Assembly: GCA_964529405.1 (NCBI GenBank)
Contig: CAZGWE010000003.1
Span: 17,192 to 81,191 of the forward strand
DNA: 64,000 bases
Origin: an uncultured Candidatus Saccharibacteria bacterium
GTDB lineage: Bacteria; Patescibacteriota; UBA1384; XYA2-FULL-43-10; 1-14-0-10-43-13
Reading direction: 5' to 3'
This document shows, piece after piece, positions 29,070 to 38,382 of the stretch. Position numbers and translations under genes: made by a program. The notes beneath the pieces were generated by a model. It saw only the letters and a list, made by a program, of their open reading frames with translations, did no database searches and was not told the origin of the DNA. Each line of letters begins with the position of its first letter. Position 1 is the stretch's first letter.

Positions 29070-31232
29070 TTACTTTATCTTGATAAGAATACTGTACGGA
29101 TCTTTATAAACCACGCCGCCGCCGCTATACTGCTTCATTAGGCCTAGATTTTGATAATCGTTATTATTAACCCACCAATCCCGCCTGGCTAAAACACCGC
29201 TAAACTTGGCGTAAGAGTACAAAAAGTACGCGGGTCTCTGAGCAACCTCATTGGCGCTATCTATCTCATCCTGAATTGACTGGTAAAGAATCGGATCATA
29301 TTTTTTTACCAGAACCATCTTTTCTTCCGGCTCCTTGATTACCTTTTTTTCCAAATTAAACACGGAAACCTTTGTCCCGCGAGTAATTACTAAATTTTTG
29401 TCTTCATCAATTTTTAACGTAGAAAGAATATTGTCCTCAACCTGCGACGGGTAATCGTTCACGATTTTACTAATCTCCTTCGAAAACTCTGCCTGGTTGT
29501 TAAATTTTGTCTTCTTATATATCGGGATAAAAGTTTTGTTTCCGCCATAGATGTAAGAGATATTGTGGTTGACCTGAGTTGAAAAGATAATACTGTCAGA
29601 TGGAAGTTCCTTTATTTTCTTGATCACGCCTTTTTCGGCCGGGACAACCTGGCCGCCCATAAAGACCGTTCCGATCATAGTCCCGGTGATACCGACCAGG
29701 AGCCCCAGCCAGAGGAGAGCAATAAATATTTTTGAATTAACGATAGACTTACCCCGCTCCTCCGTCTTGGCCAACAATACAATTATTATGAATATCATCG
29801 CCAGCATAATATGCGGCCAGGTCCGGTTTGGAAAGAGGTTTATCCCTATTCGCGGAAATATTTCGGCAATAAAGAGATAAACAAACAGGAAAACAGATGT
29901 TGGCAGCAGCAGCAAGAAAATACTTTTTTCGCCGTTCGGATTAGCCAAGAAACGCCTTTTACTGCAATAGAATAATCCCAAAACAATTATTAAGGCCGCT
30001 ATCATGTTAAGACCGTTATAGAGATAGTAGAGGACAGCGCTCAAGCCCGGCCACCGGATCACACCGTCATCGATATTTGTAAAACTATCCAGAAACCACC
30101 ATTTCCAATAAGGTCCCGCGATAAAATCCAGTATTTTAGCGTAAGACAGCTGAAAGATCTGCGCCGAAACAGCCGACCGTAATGCGTCTAAAAATTGGTT
30201 CATTAGCAATAGATAGGGTAAAATGATGACAAAAGACAGCTTTAGATTTGACCGGACAAACTTAATTGCCTCCCCCTTCCGGCTGATAATCCCCAAAATA
30301 AAAGCCACCAGTGAAGCAAGAAATAAGAATATGCCGAATTCATGAAATCTAAACGAAACGTACGAATAGATTAGGGCGATTGCGGTCAGAAGTATGCTTG
30401 ATTGTTTCACCGAAAGGTAGAGCAAATAAAATACCGGGAGACTGAAAAAGATAACAAATGTTTCCGGTCTGACGTTCTCGCTCATAATTACCAATATAGG
30501 CGAAGCAATAATCAGGTTATATGTTAAAAATGCCAGATGCCTGTTTTTAATTGTTTTGATCAAATCGAAAAGCACAATAGCAGTAAAATAATAAAGCAGC
30601 GGTATTAAGAATTTAGTGAAACCGACGTAATCAATCCCGGCAATGAACTTTGAGTAAACCATAAAGAGGGCAAATCCATTTCGCTGTCCAACTAGCCAGC
30701 TGCTGTCAAAACCTTTGTCTATTATATGACGATAGATATTATAGTACTGGAAGGCATCGATCTCATAAATATATGGATTGAATAACAACCTAATGCCAAA
30801 CAAAACAATCGGAACCAGTGCGAACAAGACCAACCTTTTGTTTTCAGAAGTTAATTTGAATGGCAAAAATTGTTCATTTTGACGGTTCTTTAAGGATGTC
30901 AGGAAGTTCAAACAGAACAATCCCAAGTTTAGACCAATCATAAATATATGGCTTTTGTACTCAGAATAATTTACAACCCCCCGAAAAGCCGTGTAGAAAA
31001 TATAAACTGTGGCAATAGAACTTGTTATATCCAGTGCAAATTTCGTACTCCAGCTAATTTGCTTTGCGCTCTTTCTTAGCAAAACGTCATTTAAGTTATT
31101 TCCCGGCAAGTAGTAGAGTAGCAACACTCCCGGAATGAATTTTAGAAACTCTATACCCGGGTAACGGCCAATAAAGATGACAATTATAAAGACCCCTAAG
31201 ACCAATAAATTTATTACTGTTTTTAGTTTCAC
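29070..31232 (-). CDS. large polytopic membrane protein with C-terminal soluble domain, possible GT-C-type glycosyltransferase
   Basis: 720 aa; N-terminal ~500 aa hydrophobic, C-terminal ~200 aa hydrophilic. Confidence 0.35.
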   Translation of the reverse strand: MKLKTVINLLVLGVFIIVIFIGRYPGIEFLKFIPGVLLLYYLPGNNLNDVLLRKSAKQISWSTKFALDITSSIATVYIFYTAFRGVVNYSEYKSHIFMIGLNLGLFCLNFLTSLKNRQNEQFLPFKLTSENKRLVLFALVPIVLFGIRLLFNPYIYEIDAFQYYNIYRHIIDKGFDSSWLVGQRNGFALFMVYSKFIAGIDYVGFTKFLIPLLYYFTAIVLFDLIKTIKNRHLAFLTYNLIIASPILVIMSENVRPETFVIFFSLPVFYLLYLSVKQSSILLTAIALIYSYVSFRFHEFGIFLFLASLVAFILGIISRKGEAIKFVRSNLKLSFVIILPYLLLMNQFLDALRSAVSAQIFQLSYAKILDFIAGPYWKWWFLDSFTNIDDGVIRWPGLSAVLYYLYNGLNMIAALIIVLGLFYCSKRRFLANPNGEKSIFLLLLPTSVFLFVYLFIAEIFPRIGINLFPNRTWPHIMLAMIFIIIVLLAKTEERGKSIVNSKIFIALLWLGLLVGITGTMIGTVFMGGQVVPAEKGVIKKIKELPSDSIIFSTQVNHNISYIYGGNKTFIPIYKKTKFNNQAEFSKEISKIVNDYPSQVEDNILSTLKIDEDKNLVITRGTKVSVFNLEKKVIKEPEEKMVLVKKYDPILYQSIQDEIDSANEVAQRPAYFLYSYAKFSGVLARRDWWVNNNDYQNLGLMKQYSGGGVVYKDPYSILIKIK

Positions 31233-31237
31233 AACTT

Positions 31238-32260
31238 TTAGAGAACCTTTCTAATTACTTGCCAATACAAATTGTTTATAGCATTAAACCAGTTTAGGGC
31301 TGGAATATCCATTTCTGAGAATTTTAAAGCAGTTGACCCGTATCGATCCATTAAAACCCGATCGGTAACTTTACGCCCCTTTTGGATTCTCCTCCGGCAA
31401 GCAACAAGGTGGGGCAGCAACTTAAGATAACCGAAGTAACTGCTAAGCTTCTTGGAGAACCACCCCTCTTTTAAAGAATATGCAATCATCGCCAATTCGG
31501 TAATAAGCCCAAGGGGTAGCAATAGTAAAAGCGTTCTACATTGAAAGTTTTTTGTCATAAAGGCCAAACGATTACGCTCAGCTAAGTACATTTTTTTCAT
31601 ATTGCGGGAAAAGCTGTATTTGTGCCAAACCAATGCGGCCGGTTCCAGTTTGATGTCATATCCAGCCATCCTGGCCCGCCAGAACAGGTCAACGTCTTCG
31701 TGATACATGAAGAATTCGCTGTCGAACAATCCGATCCGGTCGAGAATTGGCATCGGAATAAAAGCAGCTGCGCCGCTAGCCAATGCGATCGGTTTTTCTT
31801 TTGACAAGTTTGCCTGATAACCCTGGCGGTAACTACCGCAATAACTAAATCCCAGAATATGAACAACATTGCCGGCAGTGTTAATTAAATTGGTTTTCTG
31901 CCCATCGTGCAACAGAACTAAAGGCTGCAATATCTCCTTATCGTTTACTTTCTCCGACAATATCCGCAAGCACTTTAAGTCAATAACGGTGTCGGGATTT
32001 AAGAGCATTATATATTTAGCCCCAATCTTTTTTGCCTGCCTAATTCCAATATTATTCGCTTCAGCAAAACCGTAATTGCCCTTATTTTTAATCGCCAGTA
32101 CTTCCGGAAAATTTGATTCGATATATTCCAGCGAATCGTCAGTTGAGCAGTTATCCACAAATATCACCTTAAATTTCCCGCATTCAGACCTAAAAATGCT
32201 CCCTAAGCAGTCCGGGAGAAAGTTCCGACTATTAAAACCAACGATAATAATTGCGGTCAT
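31238..32260 (-). CDS. GT2-family glycosyltransferase (rhamnosyltransferase/WbbL-like)
   Basis: IIVGFNSRNFL, VDNCSTDDS, GNYGFAEANN, DxD-like HEDVD motifs. Confidence 0.7.
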   Translation of the reverse strand: MTAIIIVGFNSRNFLPDCLGSIFRSECGKFKVIFVDNCSTDDSLEYIESNFPEVLAIKNKGNYGFAEANNIGIRQAKKIGAKYIMLLNPDTVIDLKCLRILSEKVNDKEILQPLVLLHDGQKTNLINTAGNVVHILGFSYCGSYRQGYQANLSKEKPIALASGAAAFIPMPILDRIGLFDSEFFMYHEDVDLFWRARMAGYDIKLEPAALVWHKYSFSRNMKKMYLAERNRLAFMTKNFQCRTLLLLLPLGLITELAMIAYSLKEGWFSKKLSSYFGYLKLLPHLVACRRRIQKGRKVTDRVLMDRYGSTALKFSEMDIPALNWFNAINNLYWQVIRKVL

Positions 32261-32279
32261 AGTCGTTAGGCGTTAAGGG

Positions 32280-32621
32280 CTAGCTCTTTTCTTTTTTGTT
32301 GTGAAGAAGCTTGGAAATATTAACGGATAAATCTGTCAGCTCTTTATCAACGCTGTCAATTTTAACGTAAAGCCGAAAAGTAAGATAAAAAATTAAAATT
32401 AAGGCCAGAAAAAAAATGGTATCAATACCGCGCGATAAGCCCAAGAAACCGGCAATCTTGTCCGAGATTTTCGGATTGAGGACAAGAATAAGGGTTGCTG
32501 CCCATATTAACAACCAAAAAACAGCGGAGCTAGAGCTAATAGTTCTTTCCCTAAATCTAAGCATCGCCCGTGAAGATGCGAAAGCAATGAAAATTATCGT
32601 TAAAACTTTAATTACCGTCAC
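32280..32621 (-). CDS. small membrane protein (DUF2304-like)
   Basis: 113 aa, 3 helices, 4-nt overlap with upstream GT2; such proteins typically accompany GT2 genes. Confidence 0.35.
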   Translation of the reverse strand: MTVIKVLTIIFIAFASSRAMLRFRERTISSSSAVFWLLIWAATLILVLNPKISDKIAGFLGLSRGIDTIFFLALILIFYLTFRLYVKIDSVDKELTDLSVNISKLLHNKKEKS

Positions 32622-33310
32622 GACGCCAATTTCCTGATTAAGACTTTAAGACCGATCTTCCAGAAGTTCGAACTGCGCTGTCCCTTTTTCAACGAATATT
32701 CGGAGTAGATTAATTTCACTGCCACTTCCTGATAACAAAGATTATGCCGCTGAATTTCATCTATTATCTCCGAAGCATGCTCCATACCTCTTTGGCGAAT
32801 ATTTATCTTGTCCAGTGCTTTCAGGCCAATTGCACGCAAACCGTTATGAGTATCAGTTAGGGAGGTTTTGGAAACAATATTTGTAAACAGAACGCCTGCC
32901 TTTAATATCGCTTTCCTGAAAGCAGGCAGGGCTGTTTCGTTGGTTAAGAACCGCGACCCCAGGGCAATATCGCACTTTTCCTCAAGAACCGGTTCCATCA
33001 ACATTACCAGGTCTTTGGCTTGATGCTGCCCGTCTGCATCGAAAGTCGCCACGACTTGCGGCCGCACATTTTCCCTTAAATATTCAATTCCCGTCCTTAA
33101 AGCAGCCCCCTGTCCACGGTTTATGACATGGTTTATCACTTCAGCGCCAGCTCTGGCCGCAACTGCGGCCGTTTTGTCGGAACTACCATCATTTACAACC
33201 AGGATGTCGTTATAGCCCTCCGCTTGCAAAGATCTTATAACTCGGCCAATATGTTTTTCTTCATTGAAAGCCGGTATTAAGATGTAAATTTTTTTCCCTC
33301 GATGTTTCAT
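32618..33310 (-). CDS. GT2-family glycosyltransferase (dolichyl/polyprenyl-phosphate mannose synthase-like)
   Basis: IYILIPAFNEEKHI, VVNDGSSDKT, FDADGQH motifs. Confidence 0.75.
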   Translation of the reverse strand: MKHRGKKIYILIPAFNEEKHIGRVIRSLQAEGYNDILVVNDGSSDKTAAVAARAGAEVINHVINRGQGAALRTGIEYLRENVRPQVVATFDADGQHQAKDLVMLMEPVLEEKCDIALGSRFLTNETALPAFRKAILKAGVLFTNIVSKTSLTDTHNGLRAIGLKALDKINIRQRGMEHASEIIDEIQRHNLCYQEVAVKLIYSEYSLKKGQRSSNFWKIGLKVLIRKLAS

Positions 33311-33493
33311 ATAATCGTAAAGATCAACTGCCCTTAGGTAAGGATTAACATATACTATTGCAAAACCTCAATCGAACTAGTGTTAGCATTATTATAACCA
33401 GCAAAGTTTAATTTTGCAAAGAGCCGGTCGTTTAGCGTGTAACTCGTAATAATTAATACCTCTAACACACGCTTAAAATCAGGCGCTAAATAT

Positions 33494-34435
33494 TTAACGA
33501 TTGTCCAGGTATTCGCCCAGCATCTTCTGCCAAGATCTGACTTTAATAGCCAAGGCTTGTTCAATTTTTGATTTGTCTAAATATGAATAAGCCGGGCGCT
33601 TGGCTTTTTGGGGATACTGATTACTGGTAATCGGCTTGACTTCGATTTTGATATTAGATTGCTTAAATATTTCAACTGCAAAGTCATACCAGGAACAGGC
33701 ACCCGTGCCGGAGAAATGGTAAGTGCCGTAGGGTAACGTCGGACGTTGATCGGTTGCGAGGCCCGTTTCGGTTTTCGGTAACGTTAGACGTGGCCTCTCG
33801 ATGATACGGGCATCGTTACCGTAACCGCTAGACGCAATCCGATCTATCACTTCAACTAAATCCCCCGTGTAAGTTGGCGATCCGATTTGGTCATTGACAA
33901 CCGATAATTCATTACGCTCTTTGGCCAGGCGCAACATTGTCTCAACAAAATTTGTTCCCGGGTGGCCTTCCGGCAGTTCGCCAAACAACCAGGCAATGCG
34001 CAGAATGTAATATTTATCGCAGATTTTAGCCACGGCTTTTTCACCCTCATACTTTGTCATACCATAGACCGAGAGAGGGTTAGGCGTTTGGCGTTCGGAG
34101 TAGGGCGTATTTTGTTTGCCATCAAAAACATAATCGGTTGAGATGTAGATTAATGTTGCATCATTCGCCTTGGCTGCTTTGGCCACATTCTCCGTCCCGT
34201 AAACATTTATTCTGCGGCATAGCTCCTCGTTTTCTTCCGCCGCGTCAACTTTTGTATAAGCCGCACCATGGATGATAAATTTAGGTTCTTCTCGGCCAAT
34301 AACTTCATTGACAATCCCTGGATTAGTAATATCCATATCGTCGGAATCGGTCAGAATTAGTTTGCAGTTGGCGGATAGCAGTTGGCGGATTTTATAACCA
34401 AGCTGGCCCTTGGCACCAGTCACCAATATTTTCAT
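33494..34435 (-). CDS. rmlD: dTDP-4-dehydrorhamnose reductase (RmlD) carrying an in-frame ~30-aa insertion derived from a repeat element
   Basis: MKILVTGAKGQLG ... YISTDYVF ... YGMTKYEGE motifs of RmlD. There is an extra segment GNDARIIERPRLTLPKTETGLATDQRPTLPY immediately before the conserved GTYHFSG block. The start is taken at ATG 34435; the track ORF extends to a TTG at 34507. Confidence 0.75.
   Translation of the reverse strand: MKILVTGAKGQLGYKIRQLLSANCKLILTDSDDMDITNPGIVNEVIGREEPKFIIHGAAYTKVDAAEENEELCRRINVYGTENVAKAAKANDATLIYISTDYVFDGKQNTPYSERQTPNPLSVYGMTKYEGEKAVAKICDKYYILRIAWLFGELPEGHPGTNFVETMLRLAKERNELSVVNDQIGSPTYTGDLVEVIDRIASSGYGNDARIIERPRLTLPKTETGLATDQRPTLPYGTYHFSGTGACSWYDFAVEIFKQSNIKIEVKPITSNQYPQKAKRPAYSYLDKSKIEQALAIKVRSWQKMLGEYLDNR
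33752..33826. repeat. MITE-like repeat, copy A (inside rmlD coding sequence, in frame)
   Basis: GGTTGCGAGGCCCGTTTCG ... GATACGGGCATCGTTACCGTAACC; shares both ends with copies B and C. Confidence 0.7.
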
Positions 34436-34462
34436 AAAATTCCTCTTCGTCTTATGTTTAAG

Positions 34463-34553
34463 GGTTGCGAAGCCCGTTTCGTTTAGCGTTATTCGGCTAC
34501 GGTTCAAGATGAACGACGTAACCGCCTAACGATACGGGCATTGTTACCGTAGC
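34463..34553. repeat. MITE-like repeat, copy B (rmlD-rmlB intergenic)
   Basis: GGTTGCGAAGCCCGTTTCG ... GATACGGGCATTGTTACCGTAGCC. Confidence 0.7.
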
Positions 34554-34562
34554 CCATTGATA

Positions 34563-35609
34563 TTAGATCCCTATTTTTGCTTTGGAATCTTGGCTTTTGG
34601 CTTTATTAGCTGCTGCCCTTTGGCTGTCTAAATACTCTTTTGAAATAATTCGTTCCCACCATTCTCGATTGTCTTGATACCATTCGATTGTCTTCTTGAT
34701 CCCCTCATCAAAGGTCACAGAGGGCTGCCAGCCGAGCTCACGGCTTATTTTTGAGTGATCCATAGCATAACGCATATCGTGACCCTTGCGATCCTCAACA
34801 AAGGTTTTTAAGGAATCCGGTTTGTTTAATGCCTCGAGAATGGCGTCAGCCATATCAATGCCGTTTTTCTCTGCGTCTCCTCCAATACAGTAAGTTTCAC
34901 CGTCTTTGCCCTCATGTAATATCGCATCGATTGCGCCGGTATGGTCTGTTACAAACAAATAATCGCGAACGGCTTTTCCGGAGCCATAGATCGGCAGCGG
35001 TTTGTCTTGCATGGCGTTTGTAATAAACAGCGGGACCACCTTCTCGGGAAAATGATACGGACCATAGTTGTTGGTGCAGTTTGAGATTGTGACAGGCAAA
35101 GCATAAGTCTCGCTATAGGCCCTTACCAGATGGTCTGAGCTTGCTTTTGAGGCTGAATACGGAGACCTGGGTGAATAAGGAGTATTTTCGGTAAACTTTT
35201 CTTCCGGCTTGTCTAGTCTTAATGCGCCAAATACCTCATCGGTCGAGACATGATGAAACCGCTTAATGTTTTTGGCTCTTGCGGCATCTAGCAACACCTG
35301 CGTCCCGATTACATTGGTCTCGACAAAGATGGCTGGAGCGCTGATTGATCGGTCAACGTGCGACTCGGCCGCAAAGTGGACTACCCAATCGCAGCCCTCC
35401 ATAGCCTTTTCAACGATATCGCGGTCGCAAATATCGCCTTGAATAAAAGAGTAATTCGGATTGTCCTCGACGGATTTTAGATTCTCAAGATTCCCAGCGT
35501 ATGTTAGCTTGTCCAAATTAACAATCTTATAATCCGGATACTTCTCCATCATATAAAGTATGAAGTTCGAGCCGATAAAGCCGGCCCCGCCGGTGACTAA
35601 TAGTTTCAT
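34563..35609 (-). CDS. rmlB: dTDP-glucose 4,6-dehydratase
   Basis: MKLLVTGGAGFIGSNF, full-length match to RfbB/RmlB pattern (YSASKASSD, NNYGPYHFPEK). Confidence 0.9.
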   Translation of the reverse strand: MKLLVTGGAGFIGSNFILYMMEKYPDYKIVNLDKLTYAGNLENLKSVEDNPNYSFIQGDICDRDIVEKAMEGCDWVVHFAAESHVDRSISAPAIFVETNVIGTQVLLDAARAKNIKRFHHVSTDEVFGALRLDKPEEKFTENTPYSPRSPYSASKASSDHLVRAYSETYALPVTISNCTNNYGPYHFPEKVVPLFITNAMQDKPLPIYGSGKAVRDYLFVTDHTGAIDAILHEGKDGETYCIGGDAEKNGIDMADAILEALNKPDSLKTFVEDRKGHDMRYAMDHSKISRELGWQPSVTFDEGIKKTIEWYQDNREWWERIISKEYLDSQRAAANKAKSQDSKAKIGI

Positions 35610-35624
35610 ATGACCACCAGATTT

Positions 35625-36176
35625 TTAATATTCAAAATTTACATCACTGTCTTTAAGCAGCGGGGCGTTTCTGTCTTTATCCGATAGTATTGGTTCGGAA
35701 ACGCCCCAGTCAACACCGATCTCCGAATCATCAAAGCGAATGCCGCGGTCATGCTCGGCTGAATAATATTCGTCAACTTTGTATTGGAATTCAGTATCTG
35801 GCTCAAGCGTTAAGAAACCATGAGCAAAACCTTTGGGAATAAAGAATTGTTTTTTATTCTCTGCCGACAACTCAACAGATACCCATTTCTTGTATGTCGG
35901 AGAGTTCTTGCGCAGATCGACAGCCACATCCAGAACCGCGCCCTTGGTACAGCGAATCAATTTGGCTTGAGCCTTTGGCGCAAGCTGAAAGTGCAAACCT
36001 CGCAAGATTCCTCTGGCCGCGCTCATCGAGTGGTTGTCCTGGACGAAGTCAACCTCAATGCCAAGTTCGGCCAACTTCTTCTTGCTATAAGACTCAAAAA
36101 ACCAACCCCGCTCATCGCCAAAAACATCCGGTTCGATAATTTTAACGTCTTCAATTTTGGTTGAAACAATCTTCAT
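35625..36176 (-). CDS. rmlC: dTDP-4-dehydrorhamnose 3,5-epimerase
   Basis: 183 aa; FGDERGWFFE, RGLHFQ, HGF cupin motifs of RmlC. Confidence 0.85.
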   Translation of the reverse strand: MKIVSTKIEDVKIIEPDVFGDERGWFFESYSKKKLAELGIEVDFVQDNHSMSAARGILRGLHFQLAPKAQAKLIRCTKGAVLDVAVDLRKNSPTYKKWVSVELSAENKKQFFIPKGFAHGFLTLEPDTEFQYKVDEYYSAEHDRGIRFDDSEIGVDWGVSEPILSDKDRNAPLLKDSDVNFEY

Positions 36177-36198
36177 AACTCCCCTGACGAAATTATCA

Positions 36199-36282
36199 CC
36201 CCCTCACTAAATTACGAATTAGCAGTCCGAGTTTGATTCGTACTTTCGCGTTTTCGTGCAAATTCGCAATTTAGTGAGGGGG
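36199..36282. repeat. long imperfect palindrome (stem-loop) in rmlA-rmlC spacer
   Basis: CCCCCTCACTAAATT (36199-36213) is the reverse complement of AATTTAGTGAGGGGG (36268-36282); inner TACGAATT / AATTCGCA arms. Confidence 0.8.
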
Positions 36283-36291
36283 GCGAAGTTA

Positions 36292-37017
36292 TTATACTTG
36301 CGCCCTGGCTTTCTCTGCCATAATCTGGTTGGCCCGCAGCAGACTATCGAACGTGCCGGCATCTTCCCAAACACCCTCGATAATATTAACCTTCAGCTCT
36401 CGTTTTTTGAGATAAACATTATTTAGGTCGGTAATCTCGATCTCGCCCCTGGCAGAGGGCTTCAAATTTTTAGCGTATTCAATAACCCGATTGTCATAAG
36501 TATAAATGCCGACTACGGCATAATCGCTTTTTGGTGTGGACGGTTTCTCCTCGATTGATAAAACTTTCATGTTTTTGTCGAATTCGGCCACACCAAACCG
36601 TTCCGGATCATGGACTTTTTTAGCAAAAACCATGGCGCCTTTTTCGAAAGATTTGACATCGCGCGAAAAATCATGGTCAAAGATATTGTCGCCGAGAATC
36701 ATAGTAACACTATCTTTGCCGATAAAATCCTCCCCGACGATAAAAGCGTCAGCTAAACCGCGCGGCTCTTCCTGGATGACATAGCTGAATCTAGCCCCAA
36801 ACTCCTTGCCGGTTCCCAGCAAATTCAAGAAGTGGCCGGAGTAATCGGGGGCAATGATGATCAAAATATCTTTGATGCCGGCGTTAATCAATGTCTCGAT
36901 CGGATAATAGATCATCGGTTTATTGTAAACCGGCAACAACTGTTTAGAAGTGATCTTAGTCAAAGGCCTAAGCCTTGTCGCACGCCCCCCCGCCAGAACG
37001 ATACCTTTCATCTTCAT
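36292..37017 (-). CDS. rmlA: glucose-1-phosphate thymidylyltransferase (short form)
   Basis: GIVLAGGRATRLRPLT, EEPRGLADA motifs; 241 aa short-type RmlA. Confidence 0.85.
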   Translation of the reverse strand: MKMKGIVLAGGRATRLRPLTKITSKQLLPVYNKPMIYYPIETLINAGIKDILIIIAPDYSGHFLNLLGTGKEFGARFSYVIQEEPRGLADAFIVGEDFIGKDSVTMILGDNIFDHDFSRDVKSFEKGAMVFAKKVHDPERFGVAEFDKNMKVLSIEEKPSTPKSDYAVVGIYTYDNRVIEYAKNLKPSARGEIEITDLNNVYLKKRELKVNIIEGVWEDAGTFDSLLRANQIMAEKARAQV

Positions 37018-37080
37018 AACAACTCCTGTTATTACGATGCTAATCTACGAACAACATCCGAATGCCGCAAATGGGATCGA

Positions 37081-37122
37081 GCAATCAATATTCGCAGCAT
37101 TCGCATGTTAATTCGCAGCATT
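37081..37122. repeat. 21-bp direct tandem repeat x2 (ATTCGCAGCATTCGCATGTTA / ATTCGCAGCATTCGCATCGCT) between gtrA-like and rmlA
   Basis: Read directly; 19/21 identical; each unit contains ATTCGCA twice; same heptamer also in the 36199-36282 hairpin. Confidence 0.8.
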
Positions 37123-37566
37123 CGCATCGCTTGCGTTCGTTTTAAATGTCCACAATTTATTGGCGCCAAAATTCCAAAAGAAAACCAAAAACACGGCAAT
37201 CAGTTTGCCCACATTATAAGCAGATATCTCCCTTCCGGCAAGAGCCAGGCTCCGGTCTATCGCAGCAACATAAAAGTTAACGATTAACTCCGTTAACAAT
37301 AAACCGATGACGGAGACTATCGCGAATTGGCTGAATTTCTTGGCCTCCTGGCCCTCCGTATCATAACTGAAAGTCCAGCGCGAGTTCATATAGTAGCCGT
37401 TAACAGTCCCACCGATAAAACCGACCGCCACGGCTATCCACAATAGCCAACCCAACCACGTTTTAAGGATGTTTAGTAAGACCATATCAATCGCCGTACT
37501 GACGGCACCGACAACCCCGTATTTAACAATTTGGTTAATGATTGGCTGCTCTTGCTTCTTTACCAT
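37108..37566 (-). CDS. GtrA-family membrane protein
   Basis: VKYGVVGAVSTAIDM ... NSRWTF ... NKLWTFK GtrA pattern; 4 helices. Confidence 0.6.
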   Translation of the reverse strand: MVKKQEQPIINQIVKYGVVGAVSTAIDMVLLNILKTWLGWLLWIAVAVGFIGGTVNGYYMNSRWTFSYDTEGQEAKKFSQFAIVSVIGLLLTELIVNFYVAAIDRSLALAGREISAYNVGKLIAVFLVFFWNFGANKLWTFKTNASDANAAN

Positions 37567-37716
37567 AGAACCTCGCTCGGTTAAAAATATATTGTCTTGA
37601 TTATACAATAAAAATCACTTTTTTTATATCCGTGTTGACGATGTGCCAAGTCATCTTGTAGAATGAGTGGGAAATTAGGATTTAGACATTCCCCGTCTTA
37701 CGGGGCAGGAGGCATC

Positions 37717-38364
37717 ATGCTGAACGTAGATATCGAAAAGATTTTACCCGTGACGGAGGCAAGAGATTCGCTCAACAAGATTGTTGAAGAGGTCAGCAGT
37801 AGCGACGAAATGTATGTTCTAACCGTCAACGGCAAACCGAATGCCGTTGTGGTAGGCGTACAACACTTGGAAAAGCTGACTGGCAACTCCCGTGATGATC
37901 TTATGGCTAAAGCCGGCATCGCCGCCGCAACCGGTAGCCAGACCGATGATGCAACTAACGCCAAAATAGGAAACACATCCGCAGATGATACCGCTAACAA
38001 TCTCAACACTAAGCCGGTTGAATCCTTGCCGACCGATTCAACGCCAAGCCAACCTCTGGTTGGCCAAGACGCAAGCGGCACCGAATCCCCTCTGCCGACT
38101 ATGCCGGCGGGCGAAAATGCCGCTCCGACCGATACGGCCCAAACAACCCAACCGGGACAGCAGCAAGACCCCGAGGCGGCAGTGCCTCTGAACGGTGAAC
38201 CGGCGGACGCCTCTCCGATGACAACCGGCCAAAGCATTACTCCGGAGACAGATCCGTTTGCCACTCCCGGCCCCAACGATATTTTTGAACAAACCAATTC
38301 CCAAAGTCAAAATCCGCCTCAAAGTAACGGAAACCAGCCAACCAGCAATCCCCCGGCTGTCTAA
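37717..38364 (+). CDS. Phd/YefM-type antitoxin-like domain fused to a long low-complexity P/T/Q/S-rich tail
   Basis: The N-terminus ILPVTEARDSLNKIVEEVSSSDEMYVLTVNGKPNAVVVGVQHLEKL fits the Phd/YefM fold signature. About 150 further residues are compositionally biased (55% GC DNA). Confidence 0.45.
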   Translation: MLNVDIEKILPVTEARDSLNKIVEEVSSSDEMYVLTVNGKPNAVVVGVQHLEKLTGNSRDDLMAKAGIAAATGSQTDDATNAKIGNTSADDTANNLNTKPVESLPTDSTPSQPLVGQDASGTESPLPTMPAGENAAPTDTAQTTQPGQQQDPEAAVPLNGEPADASPMTTGQSITPETDPFATPGPNDIFEQTNSQSQNPPQSNGNQPTSNPPAV

Positions 38365-38382
38365 TTATGGAGTAAGTGGAAC

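Noticed and set aside
36181-36290. Considered the 84-nt palindrome as a small RNA gene or riboswitch
   Set aside because: No conserved riboswitch sequence was recognised. Its perfect terminal IR fits better a MITE-like element or attenuator hairpin, so it is listed as a repeat only.
37698-38322. Antisense and alternative-frame ORFs (37698-38297, 37985-38191, 38038-38322, 38237-38419) over the low-complexity tail gene
   Set aside because: Low-complexity GC-rich repeats keep several frames open. Only the plus frame has a recognisable (Phd/YefM-like) N-terminal domain and a sensible start.
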